Below are positions 1-7,295 of a DNA stretch of 59,644 nucleotides, piece by piece (within the stretch, counting starts at the first letter, position 1; each line of letters begins with the position of its first letter). Origin of the DNA: a virus; IMG/VR virus record IMGVR_UViG_3300045988_078497, positions 1-59,644 of that record; one strand, given 5' to 3'. Below the pieces are notes generated by a model, which did not search any database, was not told where the DNA came from, and saw nothing but the letters and a program-made list of their open reading frames with translations. The position numbers were made by a program, and so were the translations under genes.

Positions 1-77
1 TGCTCCAGTCAATTTGTGGTTCGACATATTCTGATTCGCACCATTCTTTACATGCATCGTTGCACTTGATACCCACT
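1..77. repeat. Terminal direct repeat, copy 1 (identical to 59568-59644); circular-assembly overlap or terminal redundancy
   Basis: Base-by-base comparison of both window ends: tgctccagtcaatttgtgg...cacttgatacccact present at both. Confidence 0.95.
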
Positions 78-214
78 TTAAATCCAAAATAGCAGTCTGA
101 GCATAATATGTCTTTGCACGGAACCGGTTTCATATTATTTTCATCAATTGCAACTTTGTAACCGCTACACGCAATATCTAAAATCTGCTCTGCATATTTT
201 TCTCTATTTGTCAT
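1..214 (-). CDS. Hypothetical Cys-rich protein, 5' part of a gene crossing the circular junction (continues 59567->59362; 139 aa total)
   Basis: ATG at 214-212 preceded by GAGAGGTGA RBS; MTNREKYAEQILDIACSGYKV...; 214+206 nt = 420 nt in frame with ORF 59362..59643. Confidence 0.7.
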   Translation of the reverse strand, partial: MTNREKYAEQILDIACSGYKVAIDENNMKPVPCKDILCSDCYFGFKVGIKCNDACKEWCESEYVEPQIDWS

Positions 215-359
215 TTTTTTCACCTCTCTTTACTACATCAATAGCAATTTCAAATCCAACTATTCGGTGTTATATTTCTTCTACTGCATTCTTCAATAAT
301 TGCTTTTTCTAAAGCAGAATAATCTACAATGCAATTACATTGATTTATAAATTCCATAA

Positions 360-596
360 TTATTCCTCATTCCCGAAATCCAATTTCTGTCCGCATTTCC
401 AACAATATATACCTCTGTTTCGGTGCATTGTGCTAACCTGTGATATCGCTCCACACGGGCATTCCAAAAAGGCATCTCCAAATTCATCTGGTTCTTCCAA
501 CACCCTGGCTTTTATTGCCACATCTCTGGAATCCCCATCCACAAACCGCCGGATCTCTGCTACTTCCTGCTGTAACTGTTCCTTATTTTTTCTCAT
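360..596 (-). CDS. Hypothetical zinc-ribbon protein (78 aa)
   Basis: ORF track; CPCG...CWKCG cysteine pairs. Confidence 0.55.
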   Translation of the reverse strand: MRKNKEQLQQEVAEIRRFVDGDSRDVAIKARVLEEPDEFGDAFLECPCGAISQVSTMHRNRGIYCWKCGQKLDFGNEE

Positions 597-604
597 GTTT
601 CACC

Positions 605-1282
605 TCAATATTTAATATTAAATCCACCATGTTCATTCACCCAGTCAATAGCTTCTGCGTATGTCACGCCATTGTTTTTCAATATATATAGCAGATTATG
701 GAATTTAGGGTGCGTCTGCTTCAAAAGTTCAAATCTGCTTTCTTTCTCTAAGTGGCATCCGAATCCGCACAACACGCAACCTGTTCTTTGACAGCCTGTA
801 GTTTTCAGTAATGGTCTTTCATTATCAAATATTCCATAATCCGCAAACGACATTTGATTATCACATTGCCCCATAGCCGAATAATCGACAACTACATCTC
901 CATATACTGAACATATAGGAAGATTGTTCTCTTTGATATAAAGTAACACATCCTGTTCCGTCCAAAAGCTCATAGGGTTGCTATGTGGTCTTGTAACATT
1001 AAAAGCATTACATCCATCCTGTAACCATTTCTGCGTACGTTGAATACTCTCGCTTGCCATAACTGCTAAAATTGGCGTTCTACCAGTTTTCTTTTCGTAG
1101 TCGTGCGAGGGCTTCTTCTTCATTATGTAGCAACATTTATTACTTATTTCAAATGGTGCTTCGAGGAAAAATTTATACCTTTCTTGATTAAAAGAACTGT
1201 AACTACCATCTTTATTTATTCGCTCTCCGTTTAACTTTTTAAGACAATATTCTGAACCGCTAGGGATAACCCCCATCCGCAA
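605..1282 (-). CDS. PAPS reductase-family protein, C-terminal fragment of a split gene
   Basis: KCCYIMKKKP...GRTPILAVMASESIQRTQKW...PMSFWTEQDVLLYI pattern typical of the PAPS reductase/PP-loop ATPase domain core; TTG start only. Confidence 0.6.
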   Translation of the reverse strand: MRMGVIPSGSEYCLKKLNGERINKDGSYSSFNQERYKFFLEAPFEISNKCCYIMKKKPSHDYEKKTGRTPILAVMASESIQRTQKWLQDGCNAFNVTRPHSNPMSFWTEQDVLLYIKENNLPICSVYGDVVVDYSAMGQCDNQMSFADYGIFDNERPLLKTTGCQRTGCVLCGFGCHLEKESRFELLKQTHPKFHNLLYILKNNGVTYAEAIDWVNEHGGFNIKY

Positions 1283-1320
1283 ACTTTTGTACTGTTTGTT
1301 CTGTTTGTTTATTCTCCTGT

Positions 1321-1782
1321 CTATTCATAGCAGGTCTGCCATATAGCAAGCATACGGAACTGTCTGTCTGTCAAAATTTTGTTGATATTTTTCTGGCTGT
1401 CAAGATGCCTTAAATACTTCCTAGCACCATCAACACAATTTGAAACTTCTTTGCTGATCAATGGAAAACCGTATTTATCACAAACTTGAGCAAATGAAAT
1501 CTTTGGTTTCACGATATCAACATTTTTAAAAGTCATAACAAACTGTTTCAATTCTGGATATTGAGTGGGTACATCTACAAACATTGCTTTAACTTCTGGA
1601 TAATCTTTCCTTACCAGATCGAGAAGAACGGTGCTGTCCTTACCGCCGGAAAAACTTACATACACCCCATCTTCGCCAAATTCATTAATCCAGTTTCTAA
1701 TACGTTCTTTTGTCATTCTGATTTTTACACTCAGTGGCAATGCCTGCCACTGGTGCAATTCATCAATAGTGTGTTTACCCAT
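1321..1782 (-). CDS. PAPS reductase-family protein, N-terminal PP-loop fragment of a split gene
   Basis: SFSGGKDSTVLLDL PP-loop (SGGxDS) motif; ends in TAG 38 nt before the next fragment. Confidence 0.65.
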   Translation of the reverse strand: MGKHTIDELHQWQALPLSVKIRMTKERIRNWINEFGEDGVYVSFSGGKDSTVLLDLVRKDYPEVKAMFVDVPTQYPELKQFVMTFKNVDIVKPKISFAQVCDKYGFPLISKEVSNCVDGARKYLRHLDSQKNINKILTDRQFRMLAIWQTCYE

Positions 1783-1792
1783 ATCTTCACCT

Positions 1793-2236
1793 CTAATTGA
1801 ATGGTAACTCTTCCATGTTATCTGGAATCGTCATGAAGTCATTTGCAGAACTTACAGGTGCCGGAGATGGCTGTGGCTGCTGTACTGGCGAATAACCAGA
1901 ATTGTTAGTAGATTCTGCTCTACTTTCACAAAATTCATGCTGTTCTACAACCACATCGGTCGTATACACCTTGTTTCCGTCTCTGTTCGTGTAGCTGCCA
2001 GTCTGAATGTGCCCTGTAATTGCAATCTTCATACCTTTTCTCAGATATTTTTCGGCAAATTCGCCCTGTTTTCCAAATGCTTTGCATTTAATAAAATCAG
2101 CCGATGGTTCTCCATCTCTTTTAAACATTCGGTCTACTGCCAGGCTGTAACTGGCAATAGCCATCGGATTTTCACCCTGTGAATATCTCACTTCTGGATC
2201 GCGTGTGAGTCGTCCGATCATTATCACTTTATTCAT
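1793..2236 (-). CDS. ssb: Single-stranded DNA-binding protein
   Basis: MNKVIMIGRLTRDPEVRY OB-fold N-terminus, low-complexity linker, acidic tail ...DNMEELPFN. Confidence 0.85.
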   Translation of the reverse strand: MNKVIMIGRLTRDPEVRYSQGENPMAIASYSLAVDRMFKRDGEPSADFIKCKAFGKQGEFAEKYLRKGMKIAITGHIQTGSYTNRDGNKVYTTDVVVEQHEFCESRAESTNNSGYSPVQQPQPSPAPVSSANDFMTIPDNMEELPFN

Positions 2237-2469
2237 GTCATACCTCTTTTCCTTTTAGTTCTCACACAATAGCCATAATCGGCATGGTGAATATTATTCT
2301 TTTCATAAACGGCACGCATAACGCTTTCTATGGTGAAGCAGTCACGCATGTATGCTTCCTGTCTACGCCGTTTAGTTTCATCATTTTGCAGAGTGAATAT
2401 AAAATACTTAACGCATGTAGCATGGCATTCTTGTGTTCTATCTCTGCAATTTTTGCATTCGTTGTACAT
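2233..2469 (-). CDS. Hypothetical Cys-rich protein (start moved to ATG 2469 with AAAGGTGAT RBS)
   Basis: MYNECKNCRDRTQECHATC...; longer track ORF would overlap upstream gene. Confidence 0.5.
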   Translation of the reverse strand: MYNECKNCRDRTQECHATCVKYFIFTLQNDETKRRRQEAYMRDCFTIESVMRAVYEKNNIHHADYGYCVRTKRKRGMT

Positions 2470-2480
2470 ATTAATCACCT

Positions 2481-3227
2481 TTAAAATGGTGCAACATTTG
2501 GATTGCGTAGTTCCCATTCTTTGTATGGCTCTGCAACGTCCACATTTGACCGTATAGCAACTTTTTTCATTTGTTCGATAAAGTTATACTTATCTGCATT
2601 TTCTTCCGATAAATGGAACATGATTACGTTCTTGACATCGTCTGGTGAATGATTTGTTTCAACAAATTTACAAGCTGTATCAATGCTCATATGACCTCTG
2701 AGAACATGGCTTGCTTTTGCCGGATTGTTCATATCAACCATATTTTTGTCGTAGTCAACACCAAGTAAAATATGGTTTAAATCATCAAATCTCCATTTAA
2801 CAAATTCAGTGTCCGTCACATACAGAAGTTTTCCCATTTCTGGATGCGATATAACATATCCATAGCAAGGGCATTCACTTCCGTCTGCGTTTGTGTGCGT
2901 CCATTTTCCATCTTTCGTAGTAAGTTCAAATGCAATCACTCGAAATCTTGTATGGTCGAAATAGAGCCTGACAAGTGAATATTCGTCATTGGACAAGTAT
3001 GGTGTTGCTACTTTTATTCCGATTTTTCTTAAATCGTAAACAGATTTGCTATGATCTCCATGCCGATGAGTGACTATGCACCCAACCACATTTTTAATAT
3101 TCCAATCCAACCCTTTTTTGATTTCAGAAATCGGAACACCACAATCAAGGATAAGTGTTTCACCATTGCTTGCTGTGAGTAAATGGCAGTTTCCAGAACT
3201 TCCAGTTCCTATCGTTCTCAAAAACAT
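2481..3227 (-). CDS. Metallo-beta-lactamase-fold hydrolase/nuclease
   Basis: VTHRHGDHSKS (HxHxDH) motif near N-terminus; sits in recombination module. Confidence 0.75.
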   Translation of the reverse strand: MFLRTIGTGSSGNCHLLTASNGETLILDCGVPISEIKKGLDWNIKNVVGCIVTHRHGDHSKSVYDLRKIGIKVATPYLSNDEYSLVRLYFDHTRFRVIAFELTTKDGKWTHTNADGSECPCYGYVISHPEMGKLLYVTDTEFVKWRFDDLNHILLGVDYDKNMVDMNNPAKASHVLRGHMSIDTACKFVETNHSPDDVKNVIMFHLSEENADKYNFIEQMKKVAIRSNVDVAEPYKEWELRNPNVAPF

Positions 3228-3237
3228 CTACACCACC

Positions 3238-3441
3238 TCACTTTTCTTTGCATAATTCAATAAAATCTGCTTTGCTCTTTTCGTGCAGTTTCTTCATGAC
3301 AGATTTCTGAGCCAATTCGTGTGTATAAACAGGTCTGCCAAGAAGTTTTTGCATGTATTTATACACCGCATCTCTTTCATCACCACTTGTCATACAGTAG
3401 CCTGTGTAAGTCTCAACGATTACACGCTCTTCCAGTGTCAT
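3238..3441 (-). CDS. Hypothetical protein (67 aa)
   Basis: ORF track, tight packing with neighbours. Confidence 0.45.
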   Translation of the reverse strand: MTLEERVIVETYTGYCMTSGDERDAVYKYMQKLLGRPVYTHELAQKSVMKKLHEKSKADFIELCKEK

Positions 3442-3794
3442 TCAACCACATATATTTCATCATCCTGTGGAAATCGAAAAACTTCCATATTTATGTATTT
3501 TTTAAGAATGTTTTTGAACTCTTCTGGCTCTAACGATTCTTCCATATGCTTGCAAGTGCCACTTGCAAGAGCTTTTATAATTTCAATTCTCGCATATTGC
3601 TCTCTCAGCATTTCCATAGCCTTAATTGCTTTTTTTGTGGTTGAATATTCGGCAATTTTTTCTTCTTCCTTAAGACAAGAATTTCGGCAACAAATAAGTG
3701 TGCGTTTAGGTTCTACATATCCTACACAAAATACTGATAATGAACTGTTTTCATAAGGAATATCTATCGTTCCATCCTGTGAAATTACTCTCAT
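3438..3794 (-). CDS. Hypothetical protein (118 aa; start at ATG 3794 after AGGAGA RBS)
   Basis: MRVISQDGTIDIPYENS...; the longer track ORF overlaps the recT 3' end. Confidence 0.5.
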   Translation of the reverse strand: MRVISQDGTIDIPYENSSLSVFCVGYVEPKRTLICCRNSCLKEEEKIAEYSTTKKAIKAMEMLREQYARIEIIKALASGTCKHMEESLEPEEFKNILKKYINMEVFRFPQDDEIYVVE

Positions 3795-3804
3795 ACTCAA
3801 TCTC

Positions 3805-4581
3805 CTATTCTGCCTGCATGAATGGTGGCAATGTGCTGTCTGCCTTTTTTTCGGTTGCTTCTGCGGCTGTTGTGTCAACTACATCTGCTTTATATTCCGC
3901 AAATTCAACGCTGTTTGCATTTTCTGAGATGTCGTTCTGTACCTGTTCTTGTAATTCATCCATAGAAGAATACTCTTTAAAATCGTTGTCCTGCATTTCT
4001 TCTCTTGTGTACAATCCCATCGTCAGTTCCGGGCAATTAAGGCTTGAGAAGAATGATGCAGCTCTGTATCTAAGCATAAGTTGTGGCATTGTTTTCCACT
4101 TGCTACCGTTTTTGCCAAGCCAACCCTCCGCTTTTGCCATATCCATGTCAACGGTCATTCCCTCTACTTTTCTGCCGTTTTTCGTAGTCCAGGCAAGGCA
4201 AGAGTACGGCTTCCCAGAGTTGTCTTTCTTTTCCTCGAACTGCAATTCCATGTCGAATTTTCCAGAATTATTAATTGCTGCAATTAGAAATTTTGAACTC
4301 CATGACGGTCTACCTTGAATCACATAAAGATTCTGCATAACCATCAAAGGACTTACTTTAAGTCTCTGTGCCTGTTCAATGGCGATCAAACAGTTTGCAT
4401 CATTTTTCTGAAATGTGGATGGAACAATCGTTGAACTTGAAAGTGCTTTCGCCATCTGCATCGCCATGATAAAATTGTCTGATGTTCCGAATATGCCAAG
4501 GCTGTAATCGGTTACTTTGTTATTGTGTGCTGCTACTTCTTTTTTTTCTTCATTTACTTCTACTGCTGTGTTCTCTGCCAT
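3805..4581 (-). CDS. recT: RecT-family single-strand annealing recombinase
   Basis: IAIEQAQRLKVSPLMVMQNLYVIQGRPSWSSKFLIAAIN resembles the RecT core. Confidence 0.75.
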   Translation of the reverse strand: MAENTAVEVNEEKKEVAAHNNKVTDYSLGIFGTSDNFIMAMQMAKALSSSTIVPSTFQKNDANCLIAIEQAQRLKVSPLMVMQNLYVIQGRPSWSSKFLIAAINNSGKFDMELQFEEKKDNSGKPYSCLAWTTKNGRKVEGMTVDMDMAKAEGWLGKNGSKWKTMPQLMLRYRAASFFSSLNCPELTMGLYTREEMQDNDFKEYSSMDELQEQVQNDISENANSVEFAEYKADVVDTTAAEATEKKADSTLPPFMQAE

Positions 4582-5105
4582 TATTTCATACCTCCGATTG
4601 TGATGTTAATTAATAACTGAAATGCTTCATTTTCTGTAAATCCTGCATCAACAAAAGATTTATAAAGTCTGTATATTTCTTTTGCTGTATCATTAATGCT
4701 GTTATCTGCTTTTGGCTCTGAATTGGTTAATCTTTCAAATGCCAATCTGGCACCAATGTTGAAATCAAATTTATCTTCCGGATTACAACGTGCAATGGCT
4801 TTCTTTCCTGTCGATTTATCAAGTGCAATCACCTGTCTATCTTTTTTGTAAATAACGATGGTTTCTGGTGCTATCTTTTCAATATTAGCCTTGTCCACAT
4901 ATAAGCACTGTTTGCCAAAAAGATGCGTTCCATCAATATCCTTGTCGTACACAGTTCCATTACCGCCATCATGGAAGTCATCAAATTTTACTAAACAGTC
5001 AGTTTTATATTCGAATATGACGGTGCCAGGTTTACCCTTAATATCGTATGTTGTAAAAAAATCGTCTTTAACTTTCACTCTGTCTCCGATTTTAAATTTG
5101 CTCAT
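4581..5105 (-). CDS. Hypothetical protein (174 aa), start overlaps RT 3' end
   Basis: ATG 5105 preceded by AAGGAGG; MSKFKIGDRVKVKDD...; track version 4581..5237 has an implausible N-terminus inside the RT gene. Confidence 0.6.
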   Translation of the reverse strand: MSKFKIGDRVKVKDDFFTTYDIKGKPGTVIFEYKTDCLVKFDDFHDGGNGTVYDKDIDGTHLFGKQCLYVDKANIEKIAPETIVIYKKDRQVIALDKSTGKKAIARCNPEDKFDFNIGARLAFERLTNSEPKADNSINDTAKEIYRLYKSFVDAGFTENEAFQLLINITIGGMK

Positions 5106-6168
5106 GTTTGAGTACCTCCTTAACATATAAATCCATTGAATGACATAATTTAATGCAATTACCATGCATTGCATGATTTTTCCAAGCATTATATTTTTCA
5201 TAAAATTTTTTCTCTGACATTTTGTCAGAATTGACAAGTTTCGCCCAAACTCTAATCTTTTTTCGTATTCTTCTTTTGTTTACTCCATTCAATTTTCTTA
5301 TGTGTTTTCCGTCTTTTGTTATGTAATGATGAAAACCTGTAAATAACAGTCCGTTTTTAAATGGAATTATTTGTGTCTTACCGTTAAGCGATAAACAAAG
5401 GCTATTCACGAATTGTTTTATACATTCAAGACACCACTTTAAATATTCCTTATCGTGATGAATTAAATAGAAATCATCCATGTATCTTCCATAAAAATTT
5501 ATTCCAAGCTCTCCGGTCACAAAGTGATCTAATCCATTCAGAATCAGCAATGCGTATGCCTGTGCAGCTTGATTCCCTAGTGGAAGTCCAGGACCATTTG
5601 TGCTGTCAATCAGCAAATGGTTCAACCATTGCGTATAATCATCTGGGAAATAATAATCAACAATATCCTTTAAAATATCGTGATCTATTTGATAGAAAAA
5701 TTTTGTGATATCGCATTTTAAAATCCAACCATCAATTCCATGTTGATTATAAAAATCCAACATTTGCTCTTTTAAACAATCAATTCCAAAATGTGTACCT
5801 TTTCCTATCTGCCCGGCATAATTAGTTCGAATAAACTCACTTTCCAATCTCGGATGCAATACATTGTCGCATAAGCAATGCTGTACTACTTTATCTTTGA
5901 ACGAACAGGATTTAATCACTCTTTCTTTAGGCTCATATACCTTAAATTCATTGTACGGATTCATCCGGTAAGTCTGATTTTCAAGCTGCTCTTTCAAAAT
6001 GTGTAATCCCTCAAGGTTCATTATTTGAAATTTAGCACTGCTGCCATTAAATCCTTTGCCTGCTTTAGCTTTCTTATAAGCTCTATACAGGTTTTCAAAA
6101 TCACATATAACATCTTTATCCATTGTAAAAAATCCTTTGTATTTATCCTTTTCGGAATGGTCATGCAC
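5092..6168 (-). CDS. DGR reverse transcriptase
   Basis: FYGRYMDDFYLIH (YMDD), LPLGNQAAQAYA motif-4-like region, adjacent TR; alternative start at MDKDVICDFENLYRAY (6123). Confidence 0.9.
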   Translation of the reverse strand: MHDHSEKDKYKGFFTMDKDVICDFENLYRAYKKAKAGKGFNGSSAKFQIMNLEGLHILKEQLENQTYRMNPYNEFKVYEPKERVIKSCSFKDKVVQHCLCDNVLHPRLESEFIRTNYAGQIGKGTHFGIDCLKEQMLDFYNQHGIDGWILKCDITKFFYQIDHDILKDIVDYYFPDDYTQWLNHLLIDSTNGPGLPLGNQAAQAYALLILNGLDHFVTGELGINFYGRYMDDFYLIHHDKEYLKWCLECIKQFVNSLCLSLNGKTQIIPFKNGLLFTGFHHYITKDGKHIRKLNGVNKRRIRKKIRVWAKLVNSDKMSEKKFYEKYNAWKNHAMHGNCIKLCHSMDLYVKEVLKHEQI

Positions 6169-6221
6169 TTTTTTGTATCTTTTTCTGATTTCGGCTTATT
6201 GCCTACTCTTACTGTCTGTGT

Positions 6222-6296
6222 GATACAGAATGGGCGAACACCGTTGTTGTTGTTACAGTTGTTGTTGTTGATATTGCCGGACGGAGAAACAACGGT
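6222..6296 (-). repeat. DGR template repeat (TR), non-coding, 8 AAC + AAT/ATC/ACC codon-equivalents
   Basis: Coding-strand ACCGTTGTTTCTCCGTCCGGCAATATCAACAACAACAACTGTAACAACAACAACGGTGTTCGCCCATTCTGTATC; matches VR1/VR2 except at A positions and the 3' IMH* end. Confidence 0.9.
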
Positions 6297-6320
6297 TTAT
6301 ACAGTACATAACCAGTAAAA

Positions 6321-6692
6321 TTATCTGCTTTTATCTTTCGTTCTCCAAGCAATCGCCATATGCTTGATATCCGAAACCATTTTTGACCAATATTCCATAC
6401 TTCTTGTGTTGATAATATTCAGTTTCATTGATAACTCAATGTAAAACAGAAGTTCATCACAGTGAGTTATGGCTTTAGTCTGTAATTCTGACCGCTCTCT
6501 CTTGTAATACTTCAAATCGGTTCGATTTGCTTCATACAGATATTCATAGATTTCAAGTGCATTATTCTGCATTTTGTCTACCAGTGAAAATCTGTATTTC
6601 TTTGGATATCTATTGCAATTTGAAGTTACACGCAATGTATGTTCTGCCAGATCTTTTGCTTTCAAAATTACTTTTAAGTCTGATTCGGCCAT
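6321..6692 (-). CDS. avd: Accessory variability determinant (Avd), four-helix-bundle protein
   Basis: 123 aa basic helical protein (..RYPKKYRFSLVDKMQNNALEIYEYLYEAN..) located between VR and TR, the canonical DGR position. Confidence 0.8.
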   Translation of the reverse strand: MAESDLKVILKAKDLAEHTLRVTSNCNRYPKKYRFSLVDKMQNNALEIYEYLYEANRTDLKYYKRERSELQTKAITHCDELLFYIELSMKLNIINTRSMEYWSKMVSDIKHMAIAWRTKDKSR

Positions 6693-6696
6693 TTAC

Positions 6697-7293
6697 TTAT
6701 TCCTCTGATTCAAAGATTGAAGAGGAAAAGATACAAACCGGGCGAACACCGTTGAAGTCGTTACAGATGTAGCTGCCGATAAGGCCGGACGGAGAAACAA
6801 CGGCGACTGTCGATTTATAATTATTGCAAGGTGTGCTCCACGGTGTAATGAGCCACCACCATTCATCAGTATTCGGAATGAATTTTCTGTATTTTCGGTA
6901 TTCGTCAACCGTCAAAAGAGATACAAAATCATCTGTTTCCCCATATTCTTCCTGTCCATCAAGAGACAACAGGTCTCTTTTAAAAGCAACAATATTATCC
7001 TCACCAATCTCTTTGGAAACCTTTTTATAGAACTCTGTGTGGAGATAACTTCTCAAACTACTTTTTTTCCAGTCACTTGAGTTTTCATCAAACTTTTTAT
7101 TTCCCAATGAGCCACCAATACACATATATCCGGCATCCGTAATATCAAGGATTTTCCAGTTTACATCTGCAAGTTCAAATTCATCCCCGATTTTCAATCC
7201 TTTCGGAACATGTATCACACCTAGCTTTTCCTCAAGTGCTTTAACTCTGTCGAACAATTCTGAAATGTCATTTCCTGTAATTTTCTTTCCCAT
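6697..7293 (-). CDS. DGR variable target protein 1 (198 aa), C-terminal CLec-type VR (WWWL..PW....VVSPSG....GVRPV)
   Basis: VR1 at its 3' end; C-terminus DEWWWLITPWSTPCNNYKSTVAVVSPSGLIGSYICNDFNGVRPVCIF. Confidence 0.88.
   Translation of the reverse strand: MGKKITGNDISELFDRVKALEEKLGVIHVPKGLKIGDEFELADVNWKILDITDAGYMCIGGSLGNKKFDENSSDWKKSSLRSYLHTEFYKKVSKEIGEDNIVAFKRDLLSLDGQEEYGETDDFVSLLTVDEYRKYRKFIPNTDEWWWLITPWSTPCNNYKSTVAVVSPSGLIGSYICNDFNGVRPVCIFSSSIFESEE
6700..6727 (-). promoter_or_regulatory. Hairpin immediately 3' of VR1/IMH (7-bp outer stem ttcctct/agaggaa, inner tcaa/ttga)
   Basis: Read from sequence; position corresponds to the target-recognition hairpin described for the Bordetella phage DGR. 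Confidence 0.5.
6730..6804 (-). repeat. DGR variable repeat VR1
   Basis: 75 nt collinear with TR; 11 substitutions, all at TR adenines, plus 3 mismatches in the 3' IMH end (VR GGTTTGTATC vs TR ATTCTGTATC). Confidence 0.9.
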
Positions 7294-7295
7294 AA

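Noticed and set aside
1283-1330. Programmed frameshift joining the two PAPS-reductase fragments
   Set aside because: The only window between the stops of the two frames is a single GAA codon, with no slippery heptamer. A mutation, a genuine split or an assembly error is more likely.
4581-5237. 218-aa version of the ORF downstream of the RT
   Set aside because: The first 44 residues overlap the RT gene and look non-protein-like. A strong AAGGAGG RBS precedes the internal ATG at 5105.
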